Part shown: one piece after another, positions 23,203-37,797 of the stretch
Position numbering within the stretch: the first letter of the stretch is position 1
Layout: the number at the start of each line of letters is the position of its first letter
DNA from: Antedon mediterranea
Lineage: Eukaryota; Animalia; Echinodermata
DNA: 64,000 bases
Assembly: GCF_964355755.1 (NCBI RefSeq)
Contig: NC_092677.1
Span: 17,320,101 to 17,384,100, forward strand
Direction: 5' to 3'
Program-made: the position numbers and the translations under genes
Notes under the pieces: generated by a model
Seen by the model: only the letters and a program-made list of their open reading frames with translations
Told to the model about the DNA's origin: nothing
Databases searched by the model: none

Positions 23203-23249
23203 CTTGAAATTTATGGCAGCTTCAAGACAAACTTATTTTTACCAACAAG
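23203..23249 (+). CDS. TENT4: TENT4 exon 3
   Basis: LEIYGSFKTNLFLPT(S): GS of the nucleotidyltransferase signature; TTTCAG / AG|GTAAAC. Confidence 0.95.
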
Positions 23250-23639
23250 GTAAACGAAAAAACAATTCTTTAGTGTAAAAATACAAATTAGTTAATGCTG
23301 AACTTTTCTTACACACCAGAAACACTCACAAACCCAGATTTTTAAAATTAAAATTCCTCAATTATCTTATACTGTATTGGTAATTTCAAATCCATTCTGG
23401 AAACCAGAATATTTTTACTAGCCCAAGGTTGACCGAAATGTGTACCATAATAAAATTATTTTGTAAACTACAGAACTACTGTATTGACACATTTCTTCTA
23501 AACCACTAGTAGACTGAGTGTAAGATTTTTCTTTGTCACTATCCTCCAGTCTCCAGCTGTTGTACTATTAAACATTTTTTTGTTAGGATATTTTGCAGCA
23601 AAAAGCTTAACAAAAACAACTAGATTGAAGTTGTGAATA

Positions 23640-24499
23640 CCGTATATTTCGGTGTATAAGTCGCACCTGTGTATAAGACGCACCCCTAACTGACAGTAAA
23701 ATATCGGTATTTTTTATATCGTCGATGTATAAGACGCACCTTATATTTCATCAAAACAATGTTTTTTTAAATTGTAATCAATATTATTGTAATAATATAT
23801 TTTGTTATATCTACAACGGCGTCCTTTATTTAGGTTTTTTCTTACCTAGGCTCGGCCGTGCCCAGCCTTAACAAGTTCTTTCTAACTTGTTATTCATGAG
23901 TTTTGCACCCGCAACAACATCGAGTGCATGACCGTGTGTGTAACACGATGTACGTGTGTGGGCTAGCCTCGCTCGATCATTTTGAGAGGGCGCACGTTTT
24001 CACGGACAATCGTATTCGATTAGTATCTATGTATCCGAGAAGTGTGTACGCTAGGTCCATGCTATAATCACCTGGAGAATATACTAGTCGAATACCGTAC
24101 ACCATGTGGCCGCCCCAAGAAGGGCTTGCGCTAGGGGTACGGCGGTCGGCGATCGTGCGTATAACTATAAATAAATACTATTCCAATCGATCATACGTAA
24201 ACGTTTACAAATGAAATTTATCGGAGCGCCTAAAACCGCTCCATAATGAACAAATCTTTTCATCATATTTAGTATAACATCATGCTAAAATGCCTTGAAA
24301 ACTAGGCAGAAGCAGGTTGCCGTTACGTTAGTATACTGTAGCTAGGCCTAGCCTACTCAGGCCTAGCAAACGAGGTGACGATATGCCAATATGTACAATC
24401 TGTGTGGTGAGGCATTTATGTTCGGTGTATAAGACGCACCCTTAATTTAGAGGTCAAATTTGCGTGTCAAAAGTGCGACTTATACACCAAAATATACGG
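23640..24499. mobile_element. Tc1/mariner-pogo type non-autonomous element
   Basis: TA|CCGTATATTTCGGTGTATAAGTCGCAC ... GTGCGACTTATACACCAAAATATACGG|TA; subterminal TGTATAAGACGCACC repeats. Confidence 0.88.
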
Positions 24500-25026
24500 T
24501 ATTCGGATTCTAGTAAATTCCACTAATCTGCAGTTCTCTAATCACAGGAAACGATGAATGCATTTAACAACAATAGATGGTCATTAATAATAAAGCCATT
24601 CTTGAGCGAGTTCAATTCTAGACTTGAAACAATCATGTCATCCTTGAAAGCTGCTTAATTACTCTGTAATTTTCATCCTAGGACTTTGATTATGAACTTA
24701 TTATTAATTATGTTAAAGTCCCATTCCCTTAACTAATTTAAGGTCACAAACTACATTGATTGATATATTTGTTTTTCTTCTGTAATTCACCCACAGTCGC
24801 TATTTTCCTTTCATAATAGACATGCGCAATAATTTCAAACAAACAAACTGCGCATATGTATAGCTGCTTTTTCCATGAATATTGCGCAATAACAACAAAC
24901 ACGCTGCATTAAGATGTTTTTGACTGTGATGGGGAAAATCAAAAACATTCAAAACGCGAGTGAAAAATCTATTTGTATTACACAGTATTTCCATCATTTT
25001 CATAATCAAAATGTTTTTGTTATTAG

Positions 25027-25147
25027 TGACATTGACCTTATGGTGTTTGGTGAGCTTGGAGAAAACCCTTGCAGTCGTCTGGGTACTGAACTGGAGAAAG
25101 GCAATGTCGGAGAGCAGAATAGCATCAAAGTGTTGGATAAGGCATCT
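25027..25147 (+). CDS. TENT4: TENT4 exon 4
   Basis: (S)DIDLMVFG catalytic DxD ... SIKVLDKAS; TATTAG / TCT|GTAAGT. Confidence 0.95.
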
Positions 25148-25193
25148 GTAAGTGGTACTTTAATTTACAATATTCACTATAGTCTATCAAAAT

Positions 25194-26500
25194 CATGAGG
25201 AAACTTTCCCTCTTACCAAATTTCCAACTTTTGAACCAGGTTTTGCCTGACCTTGATAGTGACAGCCTTAATGACTTTACTCAGCATGTGACCTCATTAA
25301 ATGCTAAATGGATTAAAGCATGTAAGCTATCTAGGTATTTCCTGTGAACTTTTTTACTGAACATTAAAAAAAAAAGGCAGCAACCAAAACACTCAACAAA
25401 ATAGAACTGAAACGAATATAAAGTAACAAAATCCAAATATTTATTCATTTATATAACAACATATTTATAATATATATATATATATATATATAGGACGAAA
25501 CGACTTCTCACAATCGGTATAGGCTTGGCCGGCCTTATTGCTAGGCTAAGGTCGATTGTAATTAAGTACTCAATCCATCATATCGTAGCCTACAAAAATC
25601 TAACGAAGATACATGGCAGTCCATACGTGGAACTCCTAGGCTAAATATCGGATTAACTGTAACAAAATGTGTTAAATAAGGTTTTATTTACATACTCGAG
25701 CGAGTGACTTCCATGACATAATACCACTACTAGGCCTAGGCCCGGCCTAAAATATTCATTTTTTTTATATGAATGCTTCGCCTCATCTTGGCTTTCTTCG
25801 GCATTATTTTCAAAATACTGTACACATGTTTGATGGAAAGCCCACATCACACGTGTTTTGTCGCGACAATTGTTTTGTTTTTGTACGAACATAATACCTA
25901 CGCTACAATAAAGTAGTAATGTATATACTGTAAACAAAATTAATTGTTCGATTTTATATTTTAATACATCTTAAATAAAGGCAAAGGTATTAAAAACTAC
26001 ATACAGTATTGTTTTTAAAGACATTTTATTATTAATATTAATACATGATAATTCAAAAACAAATCACTGTACCACGCTTGTAAAATATTCATACGCCAAG
26101 ACCTCGTGTGTCGTCTCTCTGCTGGCCGGCGATTTTCTCCACAGCCTGGAAATCGTGATTTTTCAACGAATTCTAACTTCGCGTAGAATTAATCAATTTT
26201 TACGATTTGAAATTGCTGATATATCACTTTTTCTTTTTATTCATGGTTAAACAAATGATATTACTATTATTTTATAGAAAAACATATTTTCAAACATTCA
26301 GTCACTTCATTTGACCATGAGAGAGTAATTTGATCGGACACATTTTCCCAGTGATTTATTGACACTTCGTAAGGTCGCGCGGCCTAGTCTTTTGATGTGT
26401 AATGCGATTAGATCGATTAAACTCAGGCAAAACCTGGTTTCAGTACCCGTCTAAAGCATCATTTGACGGGTAGAGTGGTAAGAGGGAAAGTTTCGGCATG
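25194..26500. mobile_element. Inverted-repeat-bounded element, superfamily unclear
   Basis: CATGAGGAAACTTTCCCTCTTACCA / TGGTAAGAGGGAAAGTTTCGGCATG, plus inner pair AACCAGGTTTTGCCTGA / TCAGGCAAAACCTGGTT; no convincing TSD. Confidence 0.65.
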
Positions 26501-26750
26501 TGTACTAATTCTTACATGAAAACTACTCCAATTTTGTAGGATTAGCTTACACCTGATTAAGTTGTTCTCACAGAAAATGTTTCATTTTGTGCAAAATTTT
26601 AGTTATGTACTAATAATACTATACTTACCTTTTCATGTTCAGTAAGGATATGTTGCATTTATTGGAGATTTCTTTGATTTGATTTAAAAATTTAGAATTG
26701 ATTAAATGAACATAATAATACAAAATTGAGGTTTTTTTCTGTTTTCGCAG

Positions 26751-26846
26751 GTACCAATTGTAAAAATGACTGACCGTTTGACCAAGGTAAAAGTGGACAT
26801 AAACTTCAATCGAAGATCTGGCATCGATGGAGCATTTTGGATACAG
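26751..26846 (+). CDS. TENT4: TENT4 exon 5
   Basis: VPIVKMTDRLTKVKVDINFN (third catalytic Asp); TTCGCAG / CAG|GTATAA. Confidence 0.95.
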
Positions 26847-28027
26847 GTATAAAGGGAAAATGTGTAAACTAAGTTAAATTAGAACAGAAGTAAGGGCTGG
26901 GAAACTGATGAAATAGGTATAGATTATGTTGTGATACCCACAGCTTAATGTCCCATCCAAAGGATGATAGATGTTATAACGCAGGTCTTGTATTGACTTC
27001 ATATCTTCAGTTAAGATTTTATTATATCTTCAATGGGTAGGAATGGTGTATGTGTCATATCGTAAGGTAACAGTTTAAATACGTTTGGATGGAGGAAACA
27101 TAGACACCCACGCTAGTGGATAATTATGCAAATTGTCTAAAATCTTTTAAAATATTTATTTAGATGATATAGTAGTACTAGTTACCATTCTATTAAAATA
27201 TATAGATACGAATCCAGATTTTGATATTGCAAAATGTAAACATTTCAATGGAAGTTAGTAAATAAACATCATTATACCATTCACCTACTTTTAGTTTAAC
27301 CCGCAACGACAACAGACAAATCATTTATCTGACCCTGTCGCATAATTTACGTACTTCCTATAAACAAAATAAATGACACTGGCGCCTGAAATAGAGCTGT
27401 GAATTTATCGGATTTAACAAGTTCCTTCCTGAATGCTACAAATTATTTTACAGTATCCTGAATTTCTGGTTGTAAATTATCCAGCAGATATAGTAATCAC
27501 CTTATTGAAAATAACCACAACTATGGTTATTGGTATCCGTGTTTGGGTTTACCAATTTACTAAGACCAAAAAAATGTGATTCCTTTTTAAAGTGTTATTT
27601 TTCTAATCGTTTTGACCTTTTCATATATTATTATTATTACATTGATTAAATTTCAATGGGGACAGTACACTCAAAAAAGGTCTTCAGCAATTTTCATTTC
27701 ATAAAAAAATTTTGGAAATTCCGATTGGAAAAACCAGAGTTTACATTGTGTACATAACCACTTATTATCAGCATTTTGTGTGTTCAAATAAATTTGTTGT
27801 TAGTAGGCTAATCTCTTTAAATAAACAACCAATCATGTGCCTTGTAAAAAATCGCAAATAAAAATTAATATTCTGAAGTAGTCCAAATATTTTATTGATT
27901 TAAAAAAAAGTTGAAATGACTCGGTCAAAAACTTGTCCAAGTATAATTTCAATTTTTTGGTTTCATTTATAAATAGAGTTACATTTGTTATTATTTTAAT
28001 TTATTTATTCTGTTTGTATCTTTCTAG

Positions 28028-28177
<150 letters not shown>

Positions 28178-28996
28178 TAGCTTAGATTCTAGATAAACAT
28201 GACTTATTAGGGAGCTTTCGCACGTTAACTTTACCGAATGACGTCAACATTCTACTGGTTTGCATAACATTAACAACATAGTTCGGCGAACAGTTGCATT
28301 AACATACTTACAGTAGCTCGTTTTAAAAACGCAACACATGTGTCACGCACACAACATTCACCGCTTGCATTAAAACAAATTGTGGGGAATACTTTGGGCC
28401 TAGATTGCCTAGCTACTGTAGGCATATGTTTAAACTTGCATATTGGCAGATAATTCTATTTTTTGTCTTAATTAAAAACATAACTTTAATTTACCATTTT
28501 TTTATTGACGCCATTTTTGTAGAAATAAAGTTGCCGCAGCTTGCGCGTTCCATGTTGAAAAATATCGTTAACTCCCTATTATTGGCATACATAGTGTGCT
28601 TGAGTTCAGTTGTGATCATTGTTTAGTCAAACATGACAATTTTTTGCATAAAATTTAAATTATGCAGTTGAATTGTTTCAGCCACTTTGTATTGGGTACT
28701 CAACACAAGTATTAACTATCCATTATTTCTGCACGTTGGGCAAATAACTGCTATGCTGCATTTCTTTTATTTTATTTGTATCGTTTTGTTTATGTTCTTG
28801 CCTTCACCAAGTTTTGTCCGTCCATTCAAGTAGATGAGGAATCTTAAAACATGCCTCCCATTTACATGGACTTGTTAGCTATACAAGAATTTAAGCATGT
28901 TTGCATTTTAGGGACGTTTTAGGTAAAATTGAAATTTAAAAATATTTAAGTATTCTCACTCCTGAGGACAATTAAGGTATATGGACAAAACTTTGA

Positions 28997-29335
<339 letters not shown>

Positions 29336-30967
29336 TAAAAAATTGTGTATGATGTAGGTGGTGTTTTTACAAATTATTAAAAGACACTATCCATAAAATT
29401 GTTGATGTTTTGTAAAAACAATGCATACATATTACTCTAAAAACATAAAACCAGGTCATTCCTTGTTTTAAATGTACGTTTTACGTTTTTATGGTAAACT
29501 ATGATAAAAAGAAACAATGCTCGTGTCTAATGTCCTCTCATGGACGGTCTTGCTAGCCTTAGTTTTGTAGGCCTAGCTGGTAAACAGCAGTAACGTACGA
29601 ATGAACATCTTATTCTAGATATATGCCTAGCCTAACGTTGTCTAGCATTGAAAGTGGCTTTAGCATTGTACATTATAGACACTATATAATTATTACATTT
29701 TAATTTAAACTAGCATTCGCAGTACTATTGATTATTTTGGTCATTTTGATATACCATGTGTATGTGTGCGTTCTTTGTATTAATAAACTTTTAATATAAT
29801 AACCAATTTTAGTTCTGTCGTAACCAGATTTGTTTATTTATCAGATTTTAATCAAAATCATATTAGAAGTTTCTGGTAATTACTTACATTGGAATAGAAT
29901 TTCTCTTAATTATTCAACAACAATATAAAATGGATGAAAATGCAATTTTATATTAATAATAAATAATTAACACATTAATTCATACACTTATCGTAACAGA
30001 TTGAAACAAAACAGTAGAATTAGAAAAAAAATCTGAAATCTAAAACTCAAAATGAATGAAAAACAACTGAATATGTAAACACTGCCAATTTCATTTTGCT
30101 AATTGACACAGTAATATAATAAGTTAGCAATTAGGAATAAAATGAAACAAACCGTATAAGATATATACTATTTGTGTGCCAATTATAATGGTCATCTAAT
30201 TAGCATATGAGTACAAATGAAATGCACTACTGTACACGACCTTGACCTAGTCACAACCTGTCTAGGCTCCTGCTGCAGATTGTATATGCTCAATTTAATT
30301 ACTAGCCTTGTGTTTGTGAATGATTTTGAATGAATATTGTAAATAATCAAATAATAATTTAAAATCGTTTCAAAAACATTTCCTCTCATGTTGCTATTGT
30401 TTTTGACTGGCACCCTTCTTCCATCCAATTTTTCTTTAAGAAATATATACACATTACATTCGTCACTGCAGAATTTATAAAATAGTCTAGTATTATTCTT
30501 ATAATAATAAGAAGTGAGCCAACTCAAAAAAAGTGCACTAACAACAAAAGCTTGTCCAGAATTTAGAAATCAAATCAAACTTTTTAGTAGTTCTAATAAA
30601 AAGAAAAAACTCAACGTTTTGTGTAGTATTGTAGGCTATATTTTTGTATTTAAGTACATATATAAAAATATATATTTTTATATTTTTTTAAACATAGTTC
30701 ATCCGTTTTTCTTTTTCCATAAAAGTTTTTTTATAATGTTTATATGAGGGCCCCTTGATTGTCAGCTTATGCTGTTTAGGGTCACCCTCACTAAATAAGG
30801 TTTAATAAAATAAAATTTATCGTTATTATTGTTGATGAAATGAATAATGAAACATAATTAAAAATATGTAATACTGTCTTATTAGTAATAATAATTGACC
30901 TAATTATTATTCATAATAATAATGTTTGGGTGACGATGCATTAAATTCCATTGTTTTTATTTTGAAG

Positions 30968-31088
30968 GCGGCGATGCTGCTAGAAGTTGTTATGGTATAT
31001 TTGAAGTACGTCGTGCATTTGATTATGCATACAAAGTTCTTACACGAGCTGTGCTTCCGCATTTGGACCAGGAAAATAAAGGAAACAG
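30968..31088 (+). CDS. TENT4: TENT4 exon 8
   Basis: (G)GDAARSCYGIFEVRRAFDYAYKVLTRAV; TTGAAG / AG|GTACTT; phases 1 and 2 fit neighbours. Confidence 0.92.
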
Positions 31089-32150
31089 GTACTTAATATT
31101 TTTACACATAATAAAATGAACAAGTTATATAATATACTTTTTTTTTCAACTTGCTATCATTAATTTCAGCAGTCTTGAAGAAAAATATTTGACATTTTTT
31201 GATTTAACATGTTTTTAGTCACATGCATGCATCATGAAAAGGAAAGTTTTCTGTGATTTGTCACCACGCCCATTGGCTATGATTTCATAATTTTGTTGCT
31301 TGTGTTTGGGTACTTGTTATATTGTGCCTAGGTAATAGAGATAACTATAGTATAAGTAAAATATATGTCCATTGTGTAATATCCGTTTGTTCTAAATACA
31401 TGTTTATGAGTTAAATGGAACTGTTCCGTTTAATGAGGCAGTTTAGATTTTGAATGTGCGGTAGTCATCCCACTAAATATTTATAAAAAGCTAACTTCAA
31501 TAAAATCGTTTCCATACAATACAATTAATAATGAATGCCATGTGATACAAAATTACCAAATCAAAATATGAATAAAAATTTTACACTAACATAAAAATTC
31601 AAATTTTGATTTTTTTATTTTTTTATTTGGTGGGGGTGGGGGAGTAAAAGGTAAGTTAATTGTGTCTTGGTTGGGGATTACTGAGTAGGATTAGTGGTTT
31701 AAAGAACAATTACCACTTCCACATATCTTTTCAATAAGAGGAAGCTTTAAATAATAAATTTGGTTCACACTGAGTTTGATTTGAGACACAAATGTCAATC
31801 ATAAGCTATAATTAAGAGTGAACTCATAAAAGAAAGAAATTCAGGAAGTCGTAACTTGTCACAATCGTACACATTTTATTTAGTTGAAAGCTTTTCCTTT
31901 CAATTGTAATTGCTCTAAATAAAGCCAAATCTGACCACATGATATCATCATTAATAAGTGTGTAGGCCTACTGGAGTAGCAGTATAAATTATACAAAATT
32001 ATTACTGCAACTTTAGCTATAGTTGCGGGAGGATGGGGTTTAATTCAAGGTTAACTGAAAATTTAGGGATATCATGTTTTACGTAAAATGTAGTTCCTTC
32101 TGTATTAAGGTTTCAATATTTGTTAATAATTTAGTGTCACTTATTTTCAG

Positions 32151-32757
32151 CTACCTTGGGAGAATTATACGTGTTACTGACGAACTTGTTGAATATCGTA
32201 ATTGGATTCATGAAAACTGGTGTCACAAAATTCCTGCAACTCCATTGATAGCTCAGTTGCCAAATTATGCAAGCTCTGCAACTCCTTCAAGGCCTCACAG
32301 TTTCCACGCTGGATACAGTCACAGCCAAAATGAACCAGACAGATCACCTCGAACATCAAAAACAAACGATAGACTTAATTTGGAGACGTCTATACGTAGT
32401 AAAATTGTAAAACCTACAACTCAAAGACAAACACTTCCACTTAGCCTTCCAACGCCAAAACTCTCTGATCAGTCCAACGAAAAGAATGCTGATCATTATT
32501 CATGCAGTGATTCGTCTATGTTAGAAAAATATCCAAACAAAAACAATCATAGTAATAGGACTACATGTCCGTCAGAAAGCACTCATAAGCCAGATAGATT
32601 ACCGGATGATAAGGTTACCCAACAGGTGGACCATAATTCACCAACTCATAAATATGCAAATATTGTTTTGCAACCTACTTGCCAAGACTTGGAATCTAGT
32701 TCATCGTCGTCATCTCAAATGTCGACACCAGAGATGATGTCAAGTTCAAGCGATACT
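32151..32757 (+). CDS. TENT4: TENT4 exon 9
   Basis: (S)YLGRIIRVTDELVEYRNWI then low-complexity Ser/Pro region; TTTCAG / ACT|GTAAGT. Confidence 0.92.
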
Positions 32758-32830
32758 GTAAGTTATTATTAACAAACATAAAGAAAATTAGGGTGGGTGC
32801 AAACACTGGGTGCATAACTACATCCCTCAA

Positions 32831-34699
32831 CAGGGCATCACGTATGCAAAACCCAGGAGAGCAACAAATCGCTCTCCTTGCAAAAATTTTAAATCGCTCT
32901 CCTCAAATGTTTATGTAAATATGTAAAAAAATTACAATGTTTGAATTTGACCACAAAAGTTAAATTCTATTGGTTTTGCTACCCAAAAAAATTTATTAGC
33001 GCACGCTGCCGCTATAATAATCTATTATATTATAATCTATAAATCTTTTATTAATAAATAATATTGTATGAAATTTATATTACAAATTTATGAATAATAA
33101 AACTGAGGCAATTTTTTCTAATGTTTATTAATATTTACAAACGTGTCTTTAGCGTAATTTCTAGTTGATTTTCGTATCGCTCTTCCGTCATATCGGGAGA
33201 TTACACACGTCACGTGTATACAAAAGTTGTACGTCCAGTCGGCCTCGTGTTTTATTAGTAGACTAGATAGCTAGCTAGCTAGACTCTGTTGTTGTTTACT
33301 TTGCTTCGTCGTCGTCGAGTATCACTCCGCCGCCTTCTCAAGCTTTTATAATTTATGATATCGCGATCATCATCAGGCAGGGGTGGCGCCTGCGGCCACT
33401 TGAAAACAAAAACAAGTGTTGGCAGCTAACCTCTAATTATATTTATATGTCATGGATTATAAAAGTAACAACAACAGGTATCTTGGCATGCCCAGGGCTG
33501 AAAATTAACCTTTAAACCATAGTGGCCAGCAGGGCCAGTTGAAGTTGAAGGATGGTCGCCCTTATTAAAAATGGCTGGCCCTTATTAATTTTTTGTACAC
33601 ATTTATTTTGCCCGACAGTATGTATACTGTACCTCTCCCCTAAAATCCCCCACACCCACCTTCACACACAATATTTTCCGTGGGGATCGTATTATTCTAC
33701 AGTAAAAAAACTCAAGCCAATTTTGTTATGGCCTGGGTATATTGGGTTTCAGGAGCCTGGAGAATCCTGTCCTGGCTGGCCAACTATGCCTTTAGCCTAG
33801 CTTTTCTAGCCTAGCTTGTTGGCCTAGAAATCAGACAGAAAACCTGAAAAGTATTTACCTGCAATTCATAAATTATACAATTCTAACATGCAACAGCCAT
33901 TAAAATATTGATAATAAGTTACAAAGTGTCATTTTAAAATAATTAAGAAAGATATTTGATCGTGTTTACATGTGTCACACGCACGCACAATAGGGGAGGG
34001 CTGAGAGAGCTTCTAGAAGATGCTGACGTCACACGTCAGCACGTGTTTTGAGGAGGATTTGAGTGACCAAAATTGGTTAGAACTTTCGAAGAAATAATCC
34101 ATCTTCAAAATGACATAATTAAAGCGGGAATTAAAGCAACCAGCAGCTAAGCTTTTTTAAATAATAAACATTATATTTAGGCCTCCTATATTAATGTTTC
34201 CTCTTAAAATTAAACATATTTTATTAACTCGTTCCATAAAAACATAAAGGGAAAAATTATTGGTTGGGACATGATCTTCCTGTAAAGGAGGTGTTTCTTT
34301 GACACCGTACTGGTTGCACTATGAGGCGATGAAGTAAACTCGCCCTTGAATGCGCGCAGGCAGGGGAATCCCCTTTGTTGGTACCTCGCACTGTGAGATG
34401 GAGCGCGATGAATTGCTCTCCTTTTCGAAGGTTGTTGATTGCGATCGCGCTCGCGATCCTTAAAAACGACGGACTGCCATTAGGCTTGTAGCTTTATAAC
34501 TTAGCTTATATATTATTAGCCTAGGCCTAGATTGGTTTTAACTTTTAAAAATTCACGTGTTTTTAGGCCTCTTGACAGAAAAATCAACACTGTCAAAAGC
34601 TAGGCTCTATTTTGAAAATTAAGGAGCGCGATAAATTGCTCTCCTCGAAGCCTGTTGAGGAGCGCGGTCGCGCAGGCGCTCCTTATAAATGATGCCCTG
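32831..34699. mobile_element. CAG-ended DNA transposon with 6-bp TSD, copy 2 (uninterrupted)
   Basis: TIR CAGGGCATCA / TGATGCCCTG; CCTCAA at 32825-32830 and 34700-34705; no transposase ORF. Confidence 0.88.
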
Positions 34700-34769
34700 C
34701 CTCAAACATTGCACAAATGTGAATGTTTTTTTTTCTTTTAAACTATTTATGATATAATCTAAAAGGTAG

Positions 34770-34860
34770 TAGAGCTGTAGCTTTGTAATTAACTTGCTTG
34801 CCTTCCAACCCCAAGGTCTAGGGTTTAATCCTGACCGCGAGTGCCGGGTTTGAACTCGCA
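34770..34860 (+). mobile_element. Degenerate tRNA-derived SINE head
   Basis: GCTGTAGCT..GTAATTAAC..GCTTGCCTTCCAACC..AAGGTCTAGGGTTTAATCC resembles decayed A and B boxes. Confidence 0.4.
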
Positions 34861-35010
34861 ACTATTTTTTTAAGCATGTTAAATTATCCATTTATCCATC
34901 CTGTAATTGGGAAATTGCTCGCTGTTGGATGCGTATGAAATGTTTTTAAAATTGTTATAATTGTATATTCTACATTAAATACAACCATAGATATGTTTCT
35001 TTTAACATAG

Positions 35011-35487
35011 GATTCCGAAGTGTCATCGGTCACATCATCTTCTTCAAAAGACTTATTAGATTCTCCACCAGGACAGTCAAAAATTGAAAAAGGTAATTCA
35101 AAGACACCTTCTATGTCGGCCTCAACGGCACTAAGGACTGGTGCTCCTAATGCACCAACCTTTGCGCAAGTAACGATGTCTCAACCAACAAAGCCCTCTC
35201 CAACATTCAAACCTGTGGACAAAAGCACTAGTAGAGAGAGGAGAGTCAATAGTACGAGTTCCGTACCGGATTATCCTTCTGGTGAAGCATCGAATTGGGG
35301 CACTACAGCCGTCTACACGCAAGTCACCACAAGAGTTTACAAGAACCGCAATCACCAGAACACAAAGTACCGATCAACAAACCCTCCAAATGCAGGTGCC
35401 AATAACGCTTTAAGCCAACACGGTAGCATGAAGAGAACAAAGCGAAAATCTAAAAAAGAGAACAGTGCCAGTGGAGCAAACAGGTGA
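35011..35487 (+). CDS. TENT4: TENT4 exon 10 (last), disordered tail with basic C-terminal motif
   Basis: ACATAG acceptor phase 0; ends MKRTKRKSKKENSASGANR*; total CDS 2331 nt = 776 aa. Confidence 0.85.
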   Translation, partial: DSEVSSVTSSSSKDLLDSPPGQSKIEKGNSKTPSMSASTALRTGAPNAPTFAQVTMSQPTKPSPTFKPVDKSTSRERRVNSTSSVPDYPSGEASNWGTTAVYTQVTTRVYKNRNHQNTKYRSTNPPNAGANNALSQHGSMKRTKRKSKKENSASGANR

Positions 35488-36519
35488 TCCAACGCACAAT
35501 GTATGATGAAGGAAAGTTTAGAAACGTGGAAAGTGATGCAAGATTGCGTGAACAGATACCTGTTCGGAGTTTTTAGATCCATCCACAAACATGGTAAAAC
35601 CTACACCAAGACAATCACCCCGTTGTATATACATTCTAGTTTTAACAAGGTGTGCAATATGCAGGCGAGTGCTATGCAAACACGAGAAATGACGAGAAAG
35701 GTTAATCCAGTAGTTGAAAGAAGATGTTTCCATTGTGAAGGAAAACCAAAAAAAAATGTGCATTTATATCCTATATATGCCCCTATAATATCTTCATTTC
35801 TTGATTTTATTTTTATATTTTATTATTTACACTCACCATGAGTGAATAATATTATGAGATGTGTTTTGTACGTAGTTTTAACCAAGCTTTTTGTGATGCT
35901 TTATTAGTTTTAAAAATGTATTCTTGGGTTGGGAGGAGGAGAGAGCTACCATGTAACAAATGTATGGTACCGCTGTACTAACTTGACTTTACAATTAAAC
36001 ATAACAATGGTAGCCCAGTGGTCTAATGGTAGGGCACCTGTATATAGGCAAGACAGTTGGGCTCAGTTGGGGCGACACATGATCATGTTTTAAATTAAAC
36101 ATTAGAATTTATATAGCGCCTTTCCAAAGTCCTAATTTTGTATTAAACTATTAAGATTTCCCTCATCAACTCTCAGATAAAATGTTTGTGTTTTACATCC
36201 AATTGTTTGTACTGTTCATATTAATTAATATATAAATTAAAACAAAGTAAAAAAAAAACTTAATACATTTTAATAGTACTAGTAGCTTGTTTAAGTATAC
36301 ATTAATTTTGGTGATCATTTTAATGTATTTTAAAGTATGGCAACACTTTTCGTGGTGTATATTCTATATGTCAATTTGTATGTATTGTTACTGCTTGCAT
36401 TTTACAAAGAATTTCTCCATGATGACAAACTGCTGTGTAGTATTCTTAAAATAAGATGTTGTCTTCCATAAGTATTAATAATAGTAGAAAATGATCCACA
36501 GCAAAACAACAAAACATTA

Positions 36520-37797
36520 GTGATCAATGGTTCTGCATCAGTAGTCAATGGTTAAAATAGTTCTGAATCAGTAATCAATGGCAGCAATGGGTCTGCATCA
36601 GTAATCAATGGTTCTGCATCAGTGATGAATAGTTCTGCCTCAGTGATCAATAGTTCTGCCTCAGTAAATAGAAGTGGTTCGGCATCAGTAATCAATGGCA
36701 GCAATGGTTCTGCATCAGTAATCAATGGCAGCAATGGTTCTGCATCAGTAATCAATGGTTCTGCATCAGTGATGAATAGTTCTGCCTCAGTGATCAATAG
36801 TTCTGCCTCAGTAAATAGAAGTGGTTCGGCATCAGTAATCAATGGCAGCAATGGTTCTGCATCAGTAATCAATGGCAGCAATGGTTCTGCATCAGTAAAC
36901 AATGACAGCAATGATTCTGCATCAGTAAACAATGTCAGCAATGTTTCTGCATCAGCAAACAATGATCATAATGGTTCTGCATCAGTAAATAAGGACAGCA
37001 ATGGTTCTGCATTAGTAATCAATAGCAGCAATGTTTCTACATCAGCAAAAAATGACATCAATGGTTCTGCATCAGTAATCAATAGCAGCAATGGATCTGC
37101 ATCAGTAAGCAATAGCAGCAATGGTTCTACATCAGTAATCAATGGCAGCAATGGTTCTGCATCAGTAGACAATGGTAGCAATAGTTCTGTATCAGTAATC
37201 AATAGCAGCAATGGTTCTGCATCAGTAATCAATGGCAGCAATGGTTCTGCATCAGTAATCAATAGCAGCAATGGTTCTGTATCAGTAAACAATGGTAGCA
37301 ATGGTTCTGCATTAGTAAACAATTGCAGCAATGGTTCTGCATCAGTAATCAATAGTAGAAATAGTTCTGCATCAGTAAACAATGGTAGCAATGGTTCTGC
37401 ATTAGTAAATAATGGTAGCAATGGTTCTGCATCATTAAACAATGGTTCTGCATCAGTAATCAGTGGTTGCAATGGTTCTTTATTCTGCATCAGTAAACAA
37501 TGACAGCAATGGTTCTGCATCAGTAAACTATGACAGCAATGGTTTTGCATCAGTAAACAATGACAGCAATGGTTCTGCATCAGTAAACTATGACAGCAAT
37601 GGTTTTGCATCAGTGATCAATAGTTTTGCCTCAGTAAATAGCAGTGATTCTGCATCAGTAATCAATGACAGCAATGGTTCTGCCTCAGTAAATAGCAATG
37701 GTTCTGCATCAGTAATCTATGGTAGTAATGGTTCTGCATCAATAAACAATGGCAGCAATAGTTCTGCATCAGTAATAATGGTGGCAATGGCTTTGCA
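36520..37797. repeat. Degenerate 30/27/21-bp minisatellite downstream of the TENT4 stop
   Basis: Consensus AATGGTTCTGCATCAGTAATC(AATGGCAGC); includes an exact 147-bp higher-order duplication (36625 vs 36772). Confidence 0.93.

Noticed and set aside
35503-35841. 112-aa ORF immediately after the TENT4 stop
   Set aside because: GTG/near-stop start, no homology recognised, runs into AT-rich UTR; not in a convincing splice context.
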